From Chitinophagales bacterium (GTDB taxonomy: Bacteria; Bacteroidota; Bacteroidia; Chitinophagales; UBA10324): a stretch of 64,000 bases of DNA. Location: the NCBI GenBank assembly GCA_025057275.1, contig JANWXQ010000065.1, forward strand, positions 20,511 through 84,510, read 5' to 3'. The position numbers were made by a program, and so were the translations under genes. The notes beneath the pieces are model-generated. The model had not been told where the DNA came from, did no database searches, and was given only the letters and a program-made list of their open reading frames with translations. This document shows, piece by piece, positions 11,042-21,212 of this stretch (position 1 is its first letter; each line of letters opens with the position of its first letter).

Positions 11042-14000
11042 ATGAACCATCAGGTACGCTTCTGCCTTTTTTTCCTATGGTTGGCAGCAACAGCAAAAGC
11101 TGACGTCAGCTTTTATACATTTTATCAAAGCAACAGCACCTATTCAGAAATTTCTGGAGGACTGTTGCTGGGCACGGAAGCCAACGACGATCAGCGATTT
11201 GTTGACCCGCTGAATCCGCAGGGCGGCACCACTGCACAAGGTCCGGGCCTGGATATCGGATTTTATTTCTATTTCAACGGCATTCAGTTTGACCGTATCG
11301 GCATAAATGCCAACGGCTGGATTGCTTTTGGCAGTTCGCAGCAATCACCGGCTGTTGATCTGGCTTCATCCAGCAGCTACCTGCCACTGGCTTCCACGGC
11401 ATTGACTGTTTTTCCCACACAACGCAATCGTATTGCCGCTTTCGGTCGCGACCTTCAGGGGCAGACGGGCGCCACCCTGCGCATACAAACCATTGGTACG
11501 GCCCCAAACCGCATTTGCGTCATTCAGTGGAAGAATTACAAGCGCTACGGTACAGCCGGCACCGGCGATACGCTCAACTTCCAGATCCGGCTTCACGAAA
11601 ACGGAGGTCAGGAATCAGATCAATTTGTTGAGATTGTATATGGAAAAGTGATTTTTGGTGCTGCTTCCAATTTCTCTGCCGTCGCCCAGGTGGGTTTGAG
11701 CGGTGTCAGTTCAACCGATTTCCATGCCCGGCGCACCGATTTTCCTCACGACTGGAACGTAACCAGTGAGGCACTCACCAATGCCGATGGCTGCCAGTTG
11801 CCTTTTTTTGGCATGGCTGTTACGCCTCCCGTCAACGGGCTTACGTTTACCTACGAGCCGCCGGCTGCCTGCACAGGTTATCCTGCCCCCGGAGCCACGC
11901 TGGCCTCGCAAACAGAAGTCTGCACCGGGCAATCCGTCACCCTTAGTCTGCAAAATTTCCCGGGCACCAACGTCACCTACAACTGGGCTTATTCTCTGGA
12001 CGGAAGCAATTATTTCTACCTCTACGTACCCAGCCAAAGCCAGATCAGCTACCCGATCAATGAAACCATCTGGTTTCTCTGCGAGGTGATCTGCAACACC
12101 AGCGGACAGGTTGCTTATTCTGATCCCGTGCAGGTAACGACCTACTCGCAGCTCAGTCTGCCCTACACCGAAAGCTTTGAAGACATCACCGTCAACAACG
12201 AACTGCCTGCATGTATGAAAGCCACCAATCTGGGCAGCCTGACCTTGACCTACACCGCCGACCAGGGCAGTTACAACCGTTTTGCCTACACGGGTGATAA
12301 GTTCGCTTCCTTCCGCTATGGCTGCAACGACTGGTTCTTTACCAATGCGGTAGAACTGCAGGCCGGAAAAACTTACGAATTTTCATTATACTACATTACC
12401 GACGGTTTCTCGGGCTGGAACCTGCTGGCCGCTTACTATGGATCCTCCCCTGATGCGGTGTCCATGATCAATCCGATTGCCAGCGTCAGCAATCCCATCA
12501 ATTCCACCTATCAGGAAATGAAGGGTCAGATTTCTCCCGCTGTCACCGGAACGTACTACCTCGGCATATACTGCAATGCCTCCTTTTCCCCCTGGTATCT
12601 GACCTTTGACGACTTGTCGCTGGTAGAATTGCTGCCCTGTTCCGGTCAGCCTGTGGGCGGCACCACCGTAGCCTCCGCCCTCAACGTTTGCCCCGGCAAC
12701 AGCGTCAGCCTGTCGCTGAGTGGAAGCACGATCGCCTCGGGCATCATCTATCAATGGCAGTCATCACCGGATGGTGTAAGCTGGACCAACCTTCCCGGCG
12801 CCAACAGCAACAATTATGTCTTCACCCCTGCCGGTCCCGCATATTACCGTTGTCAGGTCACCTGTGTTAATTCCGGCCTGGCGGCCACATCTTCCCCTGT
12901 GCAAATCAATGTTCTTATTAACCTGACCTTGCCCTACACCGAAAGTTTTGAATCGATCAGTCAGAACAATGCATATCCCAACTGCATGTCGTCCACCAAT
13001 TTGAACATCCGCACTTTTACCTACGTAGGCGATCAGGGCTCCTACAACCGGTTTCCGTTCAGCGGCAACAACTTCGGATCGTTTAAATACGGCTGCGACG
13101 ACTGGTTCTTCACCACCGCTATTCCCGTTACCGCCGGCAACACCTACCTCACCAGCATTTATTACATCACCGACGGCTATACAGGCTGGAACAAGTTTGC
13201 ACTGTATTACGGCAATGCACCGAACAGCAGCGCCATGACCAACCTGATTGCCGAGGTTCTTACCCCGATCAATACGTCGTACCAGAACCTGAGCGGAACC
13301 TTCGTGGCCACTTTTACCGGAACCATGTACATCGGTATTTATTGTAATGCCAACTTCGTGCCCTGGTATCTGAGTTTTGATGAATTGCTGGTTGCCGAGT
13401 ACCCGCCGTGCAGCGGAACCCCTAATGCCGGCACTGCCGTTACAGCCGGCTCCAGTGTCTGTTCCGGTGTTCCGTTCACGCTGTCGCTGAGCGGATCGGC
13501 TCTGGCTTCCGCCCTGGCCTATCAGTGGGAATATTCGCCCGACGGCATTGCCTGGAACCTCATCAGCGGAGCTACTACCCAAACGTATCTAGCATCACAA
13601 ATTTCCCCCACCTATTACCGCTGCCTGGTTACCTGTACCAACTCCGGCTTGTCTGCCTATTCGGTACCTGTTTATGTGGATCAGCTCGGCACTCCATCCC
13701 TCCCCTATGTGGAAAGCTTTGAAAGCATAACCGTTAACAATGAGTTTCCCAACTGCATGAGCGCCACCAACCCGGCAAAGGCCAATCTGACCTACACCAC
13801 GTTTCAGACAACGCACAACCGCGTGCCGCGCACCGGAAGCAAATTTGCTTCCTTCGCTGCGCCTTGTAATGATTATTTCTTCACCTCCGGTCTGGAACTA
13901 ACCGCTGGCATCCCCTACCAGTTCATTGTTTACTATGTTACCGACGGTTACCCGGGTTGGAATCAACTGGGCTGTTATTACGGCACATCGCCTACCGTTA

Positions 14001-14740
14001 CGGGAATGACCAATCTGCTCGTCAGTCAGAATCAGCCCCAGGTGCTGCCTTATACGCCGCTTCAGAAAGTGTTTGTGCCCGTTGCCAGCGGCACCTATTA
14101 CTTCGGCATTCATTGTCAGGCAACCACCAGCAGTCCCCCGTTTTACCTCAGCTTTGACGATCTGACCATCAGGGAATTCACCTGCAATGCTCCTTCCACA
14201 CTGACCGTTTCCAGCATCGGCACCTACACGGCCAAGGTGAGCTGGCAATGCGATGAATGTTTTTATCCCTATTACCTGGAGTACGGCAAAGCGCCTACCT
14301 ACTTCGGCGCTCCCGGCAACATACCCATCAGTCCGGCCACATCGCCGCTGTGGTTGATCGGCCTGCAAAGCAATACCACCTACACCGTTTTTGTGCAGCA
14401 GCAATGCGATCCATATGGTCAAAGCACTGTGCTCCAGCAGGATTTTACTACGCTACTGGCCACCGGCATCCATGGGGAAGAATTGCCCTTTCAACTGACG
14501 GTTTTTCCCAATCCTTCCTATGGAAAATTCCGCATTGACCTGCAGGCCAGCGAGCCGGTTGCGGATCCTGTTGTGGTTCGCATCAAAAACCTGATCGGCC
14601 AAACCGTTTACACGGAAAAGCTCAATAGCCTGCCGGCTTCCTGGTCTGCTGATGTGGACCTGTCTGCGGAAAAAAGTCTTTACCTACTGCAGATCTCCAT
14701 CGGCTCTGCCTCCTATACCGCACGGCTGGTGGTGCAGTAA
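11042..14740 (+). CDS. Large T9SS-secreted repeat protein (NIDO-like N-domain, 3x [Ig-like + jelly-roll/cleaved-adhesin-like] repeat, FN3, CTD)
   Basis: Signal peptide AKA-D, three LPYxESFE repeats, TVFPNPS CTD ending ARLVVQ. Confidence 0.8.
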   Translation: MNHQVRFCLFFLWLAATAKADVSFYTFYQSNSTYSEISGGLLLGTEANDDQRFVDPLNPQGGTTAQGPGLDIGFYFYFNGIQFDRIGINANGWIAFGSSQQSPAVDLASSSSYLPLASTALTVFPTQRNRIAAFGRDLQGQTGATLRIQTIGTAPNRICVIQWKNYKRYGTAGTGDTLNFQIRLHENGGQESDQFVEIVYGKVIFGAASNFSAVAQVGLSGVSSTDFHARRTDFPHDWNVTSEALTNADGCQLPFFGMAVTPPVNGLTFTYEPPAACTGYPAPGATLASQTEVCTGQSVTLSLQNFPGTNVTYNWAYSLDGSNYFYLYVPSQSQISYPINETIWFLCEVICNTSGQVAYSDPVQVTTYSQLSLPYTESFEDITVNNELPACMKATNLGSLTLTYTADQGSYNRFAYTGDKFASFRYGCNDWFFTNAVELQAGKTYEFSLYYITDGFSGWNLLAAYYGSSPDAVSMINPIASVSNPINSTYQEMKGQISPAVTGTYYLGIYCNASFSPWYLTFDDLSLVELLPCSGQPVGGTTVASALNVCPGNSVSLSLSGSTIASGIIYQWQSSPDGVSWTNLPGANSNNYVFTPAGPAYYRCQVTCVNSGLAATSSPVQINVLINLTLPYTESFESISQNNAYPNCMSSTNLNIRTFTYVGDQGSYNRFPFSGNNFGSFKYGCDDWFFTTAIPVTAGNTYLTSIYYITDGYTGWNKFALYYGNAPNSSAMTNLIAEVLTPINTSYQNLSGTFVATFTGTMYIGIYCNANFVPWYLSFDELLVAEYPPCSGTPNAGTAVTAGSSVCSGVPFTLSLSGSALASALAYQWEYSPDGIAWNLISGATTQTYLASQISPTYYRCLVTCTNSGLSAYSVPVYVDQLGTPSLPYVESFESITVNNEFPNCMSATNPAKANLTYTTFQTTHNRVPRTGSKFASFAAPCNDYFFTSGLELTAGIPYQFIVYYVTDGYPGWNQLGCYYGTSPTVTGMTNLLVSQNQPQVLPYTPLQKVFVPVASGTYYFGIHCQATTSSPPFYLSFDDLTIREFTCNAPSTLTVSSIGTYTAKVSWQCDECFYPYYLEYGKAPTYFGAPGNIPISPATSPLWLIGLQSNTTYTVFVQQQCDPYGQSTVLQQDFTTLLATGIHGEELPFQLTVFPNPSYGKFRIDLQASEPVADPVVVRIKNLIGQTVYTEKLNSLPASWSADVDLSAEKSLYLLQISIGSASYTARLVVQ
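11864..14180 (+). repeat. Three intragenic tandem repeats with a 771-bp (257-aa) period (boundaries approximate)
   Basis: ccctacaccgaaagctttgaa at 12161, ccctacaccgaaagttttgaa at 12932, ccctatgtggaaagctttgaa at 13703. Confidence 0.85.
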
Positions 14741-14957
14741 GCAACATTTCGGGGCAACGGTTTGCCTGCTGCAGCAGCATAATGGTCGCTTACGCCGTTG
14801 CGCGGAAAGCTGCCCTGCACGTAACTGACGGAATGGTTTCGCTTAAACAACATAGCAGCCGAGTAAACATGTGCAACAGCCCAGACAAGCCGTGGCGGCT
14901 GAAGCGGAAAAAGGAATAGCCCGAAAGCTGATAACCGGTCACGCTTCCGGCTCTAAC

Positions 14958-14990
14958 AAAGAAAAAGACCTACGTCAGCAAAGAGCAGGT
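14958..14990 (-). terminator. Intrinsic terminator directly after the 46-aa ORF
   Basis: Minus strand reads ACCTGCTC-TTTGCT-GACGTAGGT, then CTTTTTCTTT, starting right at the TGA. Confidence 0.6.
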
Positions 14991-15131
14991 TCAATGCCCG
15001 TGATGCCCCTCTTCATCATGATGCTCCAGCCCTTTTTCAAAATCAGAAAAATACAGGATCATGGAAAGAATAGCGCCTATGGCTGCCACTACCAGCACGA
15101 TGTAGGGAAACAGAATCTTGAGCAGGAGCAT
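14991..15131 (-). CDS. 46-aa single-pass membrane microprotein with acidic/His-rich tail
   Basis: MLLLKILFPYIVLVVAAIGAILSMILYFSDFEKGLEHHDEEGHHGH; -7 element upstream, A-rich start context, terminator downstream. Confidence 0.72.
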   Translation of the reverse strand: MLLLKILFPYIVLVVAAIGAILSMILYFSDFEKGLEHHDEEGHHGH

Positions 15132-15148
15132 CTTTGCAATTTGTGGCG

Positions 15149-15156
15149 CAAAAATA
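15149..15156 (-). promoter_or_regulatory. -7 promoter element (TATTTTTG) for the microprotein
   Basis: Matches TAnnTTTG, 17 nt upstream of the ATG at 15131 and just past the AAA gene stop. Confidence 0.6.
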
Positions 15157-15168
15157 AGAACGGCCTCA

Positions 15169-17796
15169 TCATGCGGCCGGGCCACCGTCTGGTTCCGGCA
15201 GATCGAAGCCGATGGGGCGGCGCAGGGAGCCTGCTTTCATTGATGGCGAAAATACGGCCACGTCAGACAGCAGAATCTGTGAAACCGCAACGCTGCGTTG
15301 ATCTTTATGCAACGCCGACAGGCGCAGATCACGGTTTTTAATGGCTTCCTCCACCACGCGCCTGACCTGACGGGCATTGCCAAAGTGGGCAGATCGCCGT
15401 TCGTAAATGGACCGAAAGTACCTTCTGAGGTGCTCGGCAGCAGCCGGCTCAAGGGTCATCCCTTCCCGCGCGAACAGGTCTTCGGCTATTTGCATGAGTT
15501 CTTCCGGCGAATAGTCTTCAAATACCAGCGTTTTGTCAAAACGGGAATGCAGCCCCGGATTGGCTTGCAAAAACCGCTGCATGTTCTCCGGATAGCCGGC
15601 CACAATAACCACAAACTGGCCGCGCTGATCTTCCATGCGTTTGAGCAGGGTTTCAATAGCCTCTTGACCAAAATCGTGTTGCCCCCCGCTGGCCAGCGCA
15701 TAGGCCTCATCAATAAACAACACGCCGCCCTGGGCCCGGTCAATGACTTCTGCTGTTTTGATAGCCGTTTGGCCAATGTAAGCAGCGACCAGCCCCTGGC
15801 GGTCCACTTCCACCAGATGACCACGTTCCAACAGGCCAAGCGCCTTGTAAATGCGGGCCAGCAGCCGGGCTACTGTGGTCTTGCCGGTTCCGGGATTGCC
15901 AACAAAAACGGTATGCAACGAAAAACGGCTCAGCACATCTTTTCCTTCTTCCCGGTAATAGCGCACCAGCTTAACCATCTCATTTACATCTGCCTTAACG
16001 TTGGAAAGGCCTACCAGGCTGTTCAGCTCGTGCAACGTTGCTTTGAGCAGGGCCTCGTCAACCGGAATGTCGGGAAGTGGGCGCTGCCTGGCAGCAAAAA
16101 TTTTTTCAAAGTCTTCACGGTGCAGGGTGCTGAACGATTCCCGGTCCAGCTGATGCGGATTTTCCTGCCGCATGACGCGCAAGCCCATATTCACGCGGGC
16201 CTCATCTATCCATCCATTCACCAGACGGGCATTGCCAAACGTGCGATCCCGGTTCCGGTATGCATCAACAATTTTTTCATATAAAAATTCCCGCGCTCCC
16301 GGTCCGAAAACCAGTTGGCGTTCAGCTGCTGCATAGGCGGCAATTTCATCCAACTCCTGCGGCAGGTAATCGGGAAAATGAAACTGACGGGAAAAGCGCG
16401 ATTTCAATCCGGGATTGCTGTTCAGAAAAACGTTCATCTCTTCCGGATAGCCCGCAACAATGACAGCCAGATCACCCTGTCCGTCGCTCAGCTCGCGCAA
16501 CAGCACTTCAATGGCCTCGCGACCAAAATCACGGCCGTCATCGGCTTTTCTGGCCAGCGCATACGCCTCGTCAATAAACAAAACGCCACCACGCGCCCGG
16601 TTAATCACTTCCCGCGTCCGGGGAGCCGTCTGGCCAATGTATTCGGCCACCAGATCGGCACGCTCCACTTCCACCAGATGACCGCGGCTCAACAATCCCA
16701 TTCGGGCCCAAATGCGGCTCAGCAAACGGGCCACAGTGGTCTTTCCCGTACCCGGATTGCCGGTAAACACACAATGCAACTGAATGGGTTCCCCGTCCTT
16801 AAACCCTTTCTGCTGCCGGAGCTGCTCAAAACGCAGATAATCCACAAAATCGTGAATGTGTTTTTTGATCTGCGCCAGACCGATCAGCCGGTCCAGACGG
16901 GCCAACAGCACATCAAGCGTTTCCTGTTCTGCAGTGGCCGGCCGTGTTTCGGGTTGCGGCACTTTGTAGGGAGGTTGCTTGAGCATGGGTACCTCCCCCT
17001 CTATCGCCTCTGTACCTACCGTAAACGGCACGACGGCCAGCAAATGATCCATAAAGACCACCTCCAGGGTGAAGGAATCGGCATGCCATGTGCCTTTGGT
17101 ATCCGCTCCCCAGCCGGAAGTAACGGTATAGTAACCGTTTTCATCGGGCATAAACTGAAAAAATTCTATGCATTGCCCTTTCAGCTGACGGGCATCGTTG
17201 TAAAAATCAAAAAACAGTTCGCACGGCCAGGGCACTTCCGGCAACAGGTTGCGCAGCACCAGTTCCACCCAGACATATCGGGTTTCTTCAGCCGAAAACT
17301 GCTTGAGGTAAATGCGATCCTGACGGGCTACGCCGGCATTGGGTCCTTCGTAGAGCTTCAGCGAAACGATGTTGAAATACGGATTGTTTTCATCCGTTAC
17401 CGGTCCGTTATTCACCACATAAAACCGGCGGGAGCCCACCTGCTGGTCGTCCACCCAGGCTTCAAACCAGTACTCTCCCTTCTTCCAGAATGCTCCGGGC
17501 TTGGAGTTGCCCCATCCCTCACGGATATAAATGATGTTCTCATCGGTACGCACCACCCGTTCCACTTTCAGATCGCACAACTCACGCCCGTTCTGATGAA
17601 ATGCCTTCAGATGGACACGAATGGTCCAGTTTTCTTCATCAAACTTTTTGTTATACAACGATAATTCCGCATAAACGAATGTGGTGGTCTGCTCTTCCAG
17701 AACGGTTTGATATTTCCGTTTGCTGTCGGCCAATGGTTCCGGGGCCCCAAAGATTTTCAGGTCGCGGAATTTGTAGTTGGCGGCTGCGTTGCTCAT
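15169..17796 (-). CDS. CbbX/SpoVK-like AAA+ ATPase with two AAA modules and a duplicated N-terminal beta-domain
   Basis: Two GNPGTGKTT Walker A motifs, two VLFIDEAY Walker B motifs, two YIGQTA pore loops, two FGNAR sensor-2 motifs. Confidence 0.9.
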   Translation of the reverse strand: MSNAAANYKFRDLKIFGAPEPLADSKRKYQTVLEEQTTTFVYAELSLYNKKFDEENWTIRVHLKAFHQNGRELCDLKVERVVRTDENIIYIREGWGNSKPGAFWKKGEYWFEAWVDDQQVGSRRFYVVNNGPVTDENNPYFNIVSLKLYEGPNAGVARQDRIYLKQFSAEETRYVWVELVLRNLLPEVPWPCELFFDFYNDARQLKGQCIEFFQFMPDENGYYTVTSGWGADTKGTWHADSFTLEVVFMDHLLAVVPFTVGTEAIEGEVPMLKQPPYKVPQPETRPATAEQETLDVLLARLDRLIGLAQIKKHIHDFVDYLRFEQLRQQKGFKDGEPIQLHCVFTGNPGTGKTTVARLLSRIWARMGLLSRGHLVEVERADLVAEYIGQTAPRTREVINRARGGVLFIDEAYALARKADDGRDFGREAIEVLLRELSDGQGDLAVIVAGYPEEMNVFLNSNPGLKSRFSRQFHFPDYLPQELDEIAAYAAAERQLVFGPGAREFLYEKIVDAYRNRDRTFGNARLVNGWIDEARVNMGLRVMRQENPHQLDRESFSTLHREDFEKIFAARQRPLPDIPVDEALLKATLHELNSLVGLSNVKADVNEMVKLVRYYREEGKDVLSRFSLHTVFVGNPGTGKTTVARLLARIYKALGLLERGHLVEVDRQGLVAAYIGQTAIKTAEVIDRAQGGVLFIDEAYALASGGQHDFGQEAIETLLKRMEDQRGQFVVIVAGYPENMQRFLQANPGLHSRFDKTLVFEDYSPEELMQIAEDLFAREGMTLEPAAAEHLRRYFRSIYERRSAHFGNARQVRRVVEEAIKNRDLRLSALHKDQRSVAVSQILLSDVAVFSPSMKAGSLRRPIGFDLPEPDGGPAA

Positions 17797-17865
17797 GAAT
17801 CAGCGTCCCGGCAAAAGGGCTTTTTCCTTTTGCTGCGACGGAAAATCAAAATTAACATGGCAGGA

Positions 17866-18525
17866 TTATCGGCCCGTGTCTGCCGGTAAAGGAACGGTGA
17901 TCAACTCGTTCAGATGCCTGTTCAGTTCCTTCCGGTTTTGAACGATTAGAAAGTGTTGGCCGTCTTTAATGATCCGATCCGCATTCACGTAGCGAAGCGG
18001 AAACAGCCTGTCGCCGCTGCCATGAATCCGAATCATGCCGCTGGTATCGGGCAGCCCGCTCCAGCGCGCAACAGCATCAATAGCCCAGCGAACAAACACC
18101 AGATCGGCCGCAGCCACCATATCCTGCAACAAACGTCGTTGTTCGGGTGTTTTCCGTGCAAACAAATCGCCCAGCAAAAGAAAAAGCCTGCGTAAGGCCG
18201 AGTCCGGCAGCCACCGGTGCAACGGAATCCAGAGAGGCAGGGTCATCCACCAGGGACGGTTCTGTTCCAACAAAGAAGAGATCACTATCACCTGACGTGT
18301 CGGAATGTGCCGGCCAACGAGGGCAGCCAGCATGCCTCCCAGAGAAAAACCCATCAGAATGCTGTTGGGCTCAAAAGGGTGCTCAACAGCCAGACGTCGG
18401 GCATAGGACTCCAGCGTTTCCCGAGGTTGAGGCCGCGGGTACGATACCACCGTTACCGGCTCCGCAAAACGATAACCTTCCAGCAGGCGACCATCGGTGG
18501 CCAGGCCGGGGAAGAAATAAATCAT
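17866..18525 (-). CDS. Alpha/beta hydrolase
   Basis: FFPGLATD, GFSLGG, IHGSGDRLFP, GQHF. Confidence 0.85.
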   Translation of the reverse strand: MIYFFPGLATDGRLLEGYRFAEPVTVVSYPRPQPRETLESYARRLAVEHPFEPNSILMGFSLGGMLAALVGRHIPTRQVIVISSLLEQNRPWWMTLPLWIPLHRWLPDSALRRLFLLLGDLFARKTPEQRRLLQDMVAAADLVFVRWAIDAVARWSGLPDTSGMIRIHGSGDRLFPLRYVNADRIIKDGQHFLIVQNRKELNRHLNELITVPLPADTGR

Positions 18526-18557
18526 GCAACAAAACTATTTTAGTTGCAGCGCTTCAC

Positions 18558-18866
18558 ATGTCTGAGACGCAGCTTAATCATCCAGCCCTTGTGCTGTACC
18601 GCATCAGCATTCACGGTAGGGTGCAGGGTGTTTTCTTCCGGGCTTCTGCCCGGCAGCAGGCCCAGGCTTTAGGCATCACCGGCATCATCCGCAACGAAGC
18701 AGATGGCAGTGTATATGCCGAAGCCGAAGGAAAAGAAGAAGCGGTGCAGCAATTCATTCAGTGGTGCCGCCATGGCCCCGAAGGAGCTGTGGTAACATCC
18801 ATTACCGCCGAAAAAAGCGCGCCGAAAGGATACACTGCTTTTGAAGTGATTCGGGGCTTACAATAA
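18558..18866 (+). CDS. acyP: Acylphosphatase
   Basis: IHGRVQGVFFRAS, GIIRNEADGSV, WCRHGP; start at MSETQ. Confidence 0.9.
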   Translation: MSETQLNHPALVLYRISIHGRVQGVFFRASARQQAQALGITGIIRNEADGSVYAEAEGKEEAVQQFIQWCRHGPEGAVVTSITAEKSAPKGYTAFEVIRGLQ

Positions 18867-18897
18867 ATCGCCTAACTTTAAAAACAAAATTTCCCCC

Positions 18898-21171
18898 ATG
18901 TCTTTGCCACTCCGTCTCTCATCCATTTTCTTTTTATCCGTAATTCCGGTTACGTTCGTGCACGCTCAGTGTGCCATGGTGCCCCTTTCGCTTGCCGATC
19001 GGGTTCAGCAGGCTTCTGTGGTGGTAGAAGGGAGGATCACTTCCCAACTTTCCTTCTGGAACGAACAGCAAACAATGATTTACACAGCCTATCGCATTGA
19101 CGTATACAAAATTTTTAAGGGAGCCCCTCATGGCCCGTTTCTTACGATAGTCGCTGAAGGTGGAACGGTCGGCAACCGCATGATTACGGCTCATCCGAAT
19201 GTGTCTCTTCAGCCTGGCGATGCAGGCATTTTTCTGCTGACCGGCAATCCCTATGGCCTGGCAGGTGAAGCAGCCGGCTACCTCACCTGTTACGGAGCAG
19301 CACAGGGTTTTATCCGTTACAACACCGACGCCCGATCGGCTGCTGACCCGTTTTTCTCCTACCCCAGCATCCGCAAGGATGTGTATGCGCCGCTTCTGCG
19401 TTTAATTGGAAGAAGTCAATATCGCGAAGTGAAGGCCCCAGACTTTTTTACCGATAAAAAGAAAAGCTTTGCGCCTCCGGTCATTAGCTCGTTTAGCCCT
19501 ACGGCCACCGTAGCCGGCAAATTAAGTGCGCACCTGCTCACCATCACTGGCAGCAACTTTGGTGCCTCTTACGTGGCCGGTATCTCTAAACTGGAGTTCA
19601 AAAACTCCAACGACGGTGGTGCCACCTACATAGCCGCTCCCGACAACCACATTGTTTCGTGGAGCAACACTTCCATTACTTCATGGGTTCCTACCGGAGC
19701 AGGTACCGGCACCATCCGGGTTACCAACAACCTGGGTGAAAAAGGTACTTCCGCATCTTCGCTGACCATCTATTACAATGAAACTAATGTGATTTCCGGA
19801 GGCACCTATTACCTACCCGATTTGGTAGATGATAACGGCAGCGGTGGCTACACGTTTACCTACAACACTTCATTCAACAGCAACACCGATGCCGTTGCCG
19901 CTTTTGAGCGGGCTTTGGTTACTTGGCGCTGCGGCGTTTATGTGCATTTCACCCGATCCGGCACTACCAGCACGGGCGATAATGCCAGCGATGGCATTAA
20001 TGTAGTTACGTTTGACGGCATCACTGCCCTGCCTGCCGGCGTGCTGGGAACGGCCTACAGTTATTACACCAGTTGTGCTTCGGGAGTGTGGTATGTTTCG
20101 GAATTGGATCTGAAATTCCGCACCAACAGCACTGGGGGCATTACTTGGAACTATGGCCCCGGAGCCACCAGCGGGGGTAAAACCGACTTTGAATCAGTAG
20201 CGCTTCATGAACTGGGACATGCCCTGCAACTGGGTCATACCAACCAGTCACCGGCTACCGTAATGCACTATGCACTGCCCACCAACACCGACCGACGTAC
20301 GCTGACTACGGCCAGTGAGGTGGATGGCGGTAACGACATTGTAGCCCGCAGCGGCGTGAACAACAGTTGCGGCCCCACCAAAATGATTGCCCTCAACTCA
20401 GGCAACTGCTCCTTTGCATTGCCTCCGGTGGCCGACTTTTCCGCCTCTTCCACAACGGTTTGCAAAAACAAGACGCTAAATTTTACCGACCTGAGCACCA
20501 ACTCTCCGACTGCGTGGTCGTGGTCGTTCAGTGGAGGCACTCCTTCCACCAGTACCGTTCAGCATCCCACTGGGATCAAGTACAAAACAGTAGGCTCTTT
20601 TGACGTAACGCTTACTGCCAGCAATGCCGCAGGTTCAGATTCCGAAACCAAGACCAACTACATAACGGTGAATTCCTTACCCTCTGTAAGCGTCAGCGCT
20701 GCACCTTGCTCCGGTGGCGCTGTGCTGCTGACAGCAACAGCCACGCCGTCAACCGGCATAACCTATCAGTGGAAAAAAAATGGATCCAAAATCAGCGGAG
20801 CCACCAATTCCACTTATTCGGCCACCAGCAACGGGGAATACAAGTGTGAAGTAAAAATAACGGCTACCGGTTGCAAGAAAACCAGTTCGGGTGTAACGGT
20901 AACCATCACCTGCCGCACGGCTGAAGACCACTGGACGAATGCTGTTTCTGTTTATCCCAACCCCAGTTCATCCGAATTCCGGCTACTCCTATCACACGAC
21001 CTGGCCCGCAGCCTGATCTGCATCCGCGATTTGAGCGGCAGGCTCATGGAATGCATCCGGCCACAGGCTGAAACAGTGTACGTTGGCGCCCGGTGGCCTG
21101 CCGGTACGTATCTGGCCGAATACCATTGGGACAACCGCTGTGTTCAGGTGCTGCGTCTGGTTAAAGAATAA
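18898..21171 (+). CDS. T9SS-secreted metzincin (M10-like) metallopeptidase with IPT/TIG, PKD and Ig-like domains
   Basis: Signal peptide VHA-Q, HELGHALQLGH plus Met-turn ATVMHY, PPVADF...FTDLSTNSPTAWSWSF (PKD), SVYPNPS CTD. Confidence 0.85.
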   Translation: MSLPLRLSSIFFLSVIPVTFVHAQCAMVPLSLADRVQQASVVVEGRITSQLSFWNEQQTMIYTAYRIDVYKIFKGAPHGPFLTIVAEGGTVGNRMITAHPNVSLQPGDAGIFLLTGNPYGLAGEAAGYLTCYGAAQGFIRYNTDARSAADPFFSYPSIRKDVYAPLLRLIGRSQYREVKAPDFFTDKKKSFAPPVISSFSPTATVAGKLSAHLLTITGSNFGASYVAGISKLEFKNSNDGGATYIAAPDNHIVSWSNTSITSWVPTGAGTGTIRVTNNLGEKGTSASSLTIYYNETNVISGGTYYLPDLVDDNGSGGYTFTYNTSFNSNTDAVAAFERALVTWRCGVYVHFTRSGTTSTGDNASDGINVVTFDGITALPAGVLGTAYSYYTSCASGVWYVSELDLKFRTNSTGGITWNYGPGATSGGKTDFESVALHELGHALQLGHTNQSPATVMHYALPTNTDRRTLTTASEVDGGNDIVARSGVNNSCGPTKMIALNSGNCSFALPPVADFSASSTTVCKNKTLNFTDLSTNSPTAWSWSFSGGTPSTSTVQHPTGIKYKTVGSFDVTLTASNAAGSDSETKTNYITVNSLPSVSVSAAPCSGGAVLLTATATPSTGITYQWKKNGSKISGATNSTYSATSNGEYKCEVKITATGCKKTSSGVTVTITCRTAEDHWTNAVSVYPNPSSSEFRLLLSHDLARSLICIRDLSGRLMECIRPQAETVYVGARWPAGTYLAEYHWDNRCVQVLRLVKE

Positions 21172-21212
21172 CAGCAAAGGGCAGCAGTGAGGGCAGGATC
21201 CCTGGTCCGATC

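Noticed and set aside
14741-14957. ~220-nt gap between convergent genes as a possible ncRNA or small ORF
   Set aside because: No tmRNA, RNase P, SRP or tRNA signature recognised, no promoter element, and only a weak 26-codon ORF
15298-17664. 328-aa and 449-aa plus-strand ORFs
   Set aside because: Antisense shadows of the AAA ATPase with no recognisable motifs. The same applies to long antisense ORFs over icmF, iscS, VWA1 and hflX.
18147-18557. Apparent 137-aa N-terminal extension on the acylphosphatase
   Set aside because: It overlaps the opposite-strand hydrolase; the ATG at 18558 gives a normal ~100-aa enzyme
19927-19938. RCGV in the metallopeptidase, resembling the MMP cysteine switch PRCGVPD
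   Set aside because: It lies within the predicted catalytic domain (after AFERALVTW), not in a propeptide, and lacks the flanking P and PD; probably coincidental
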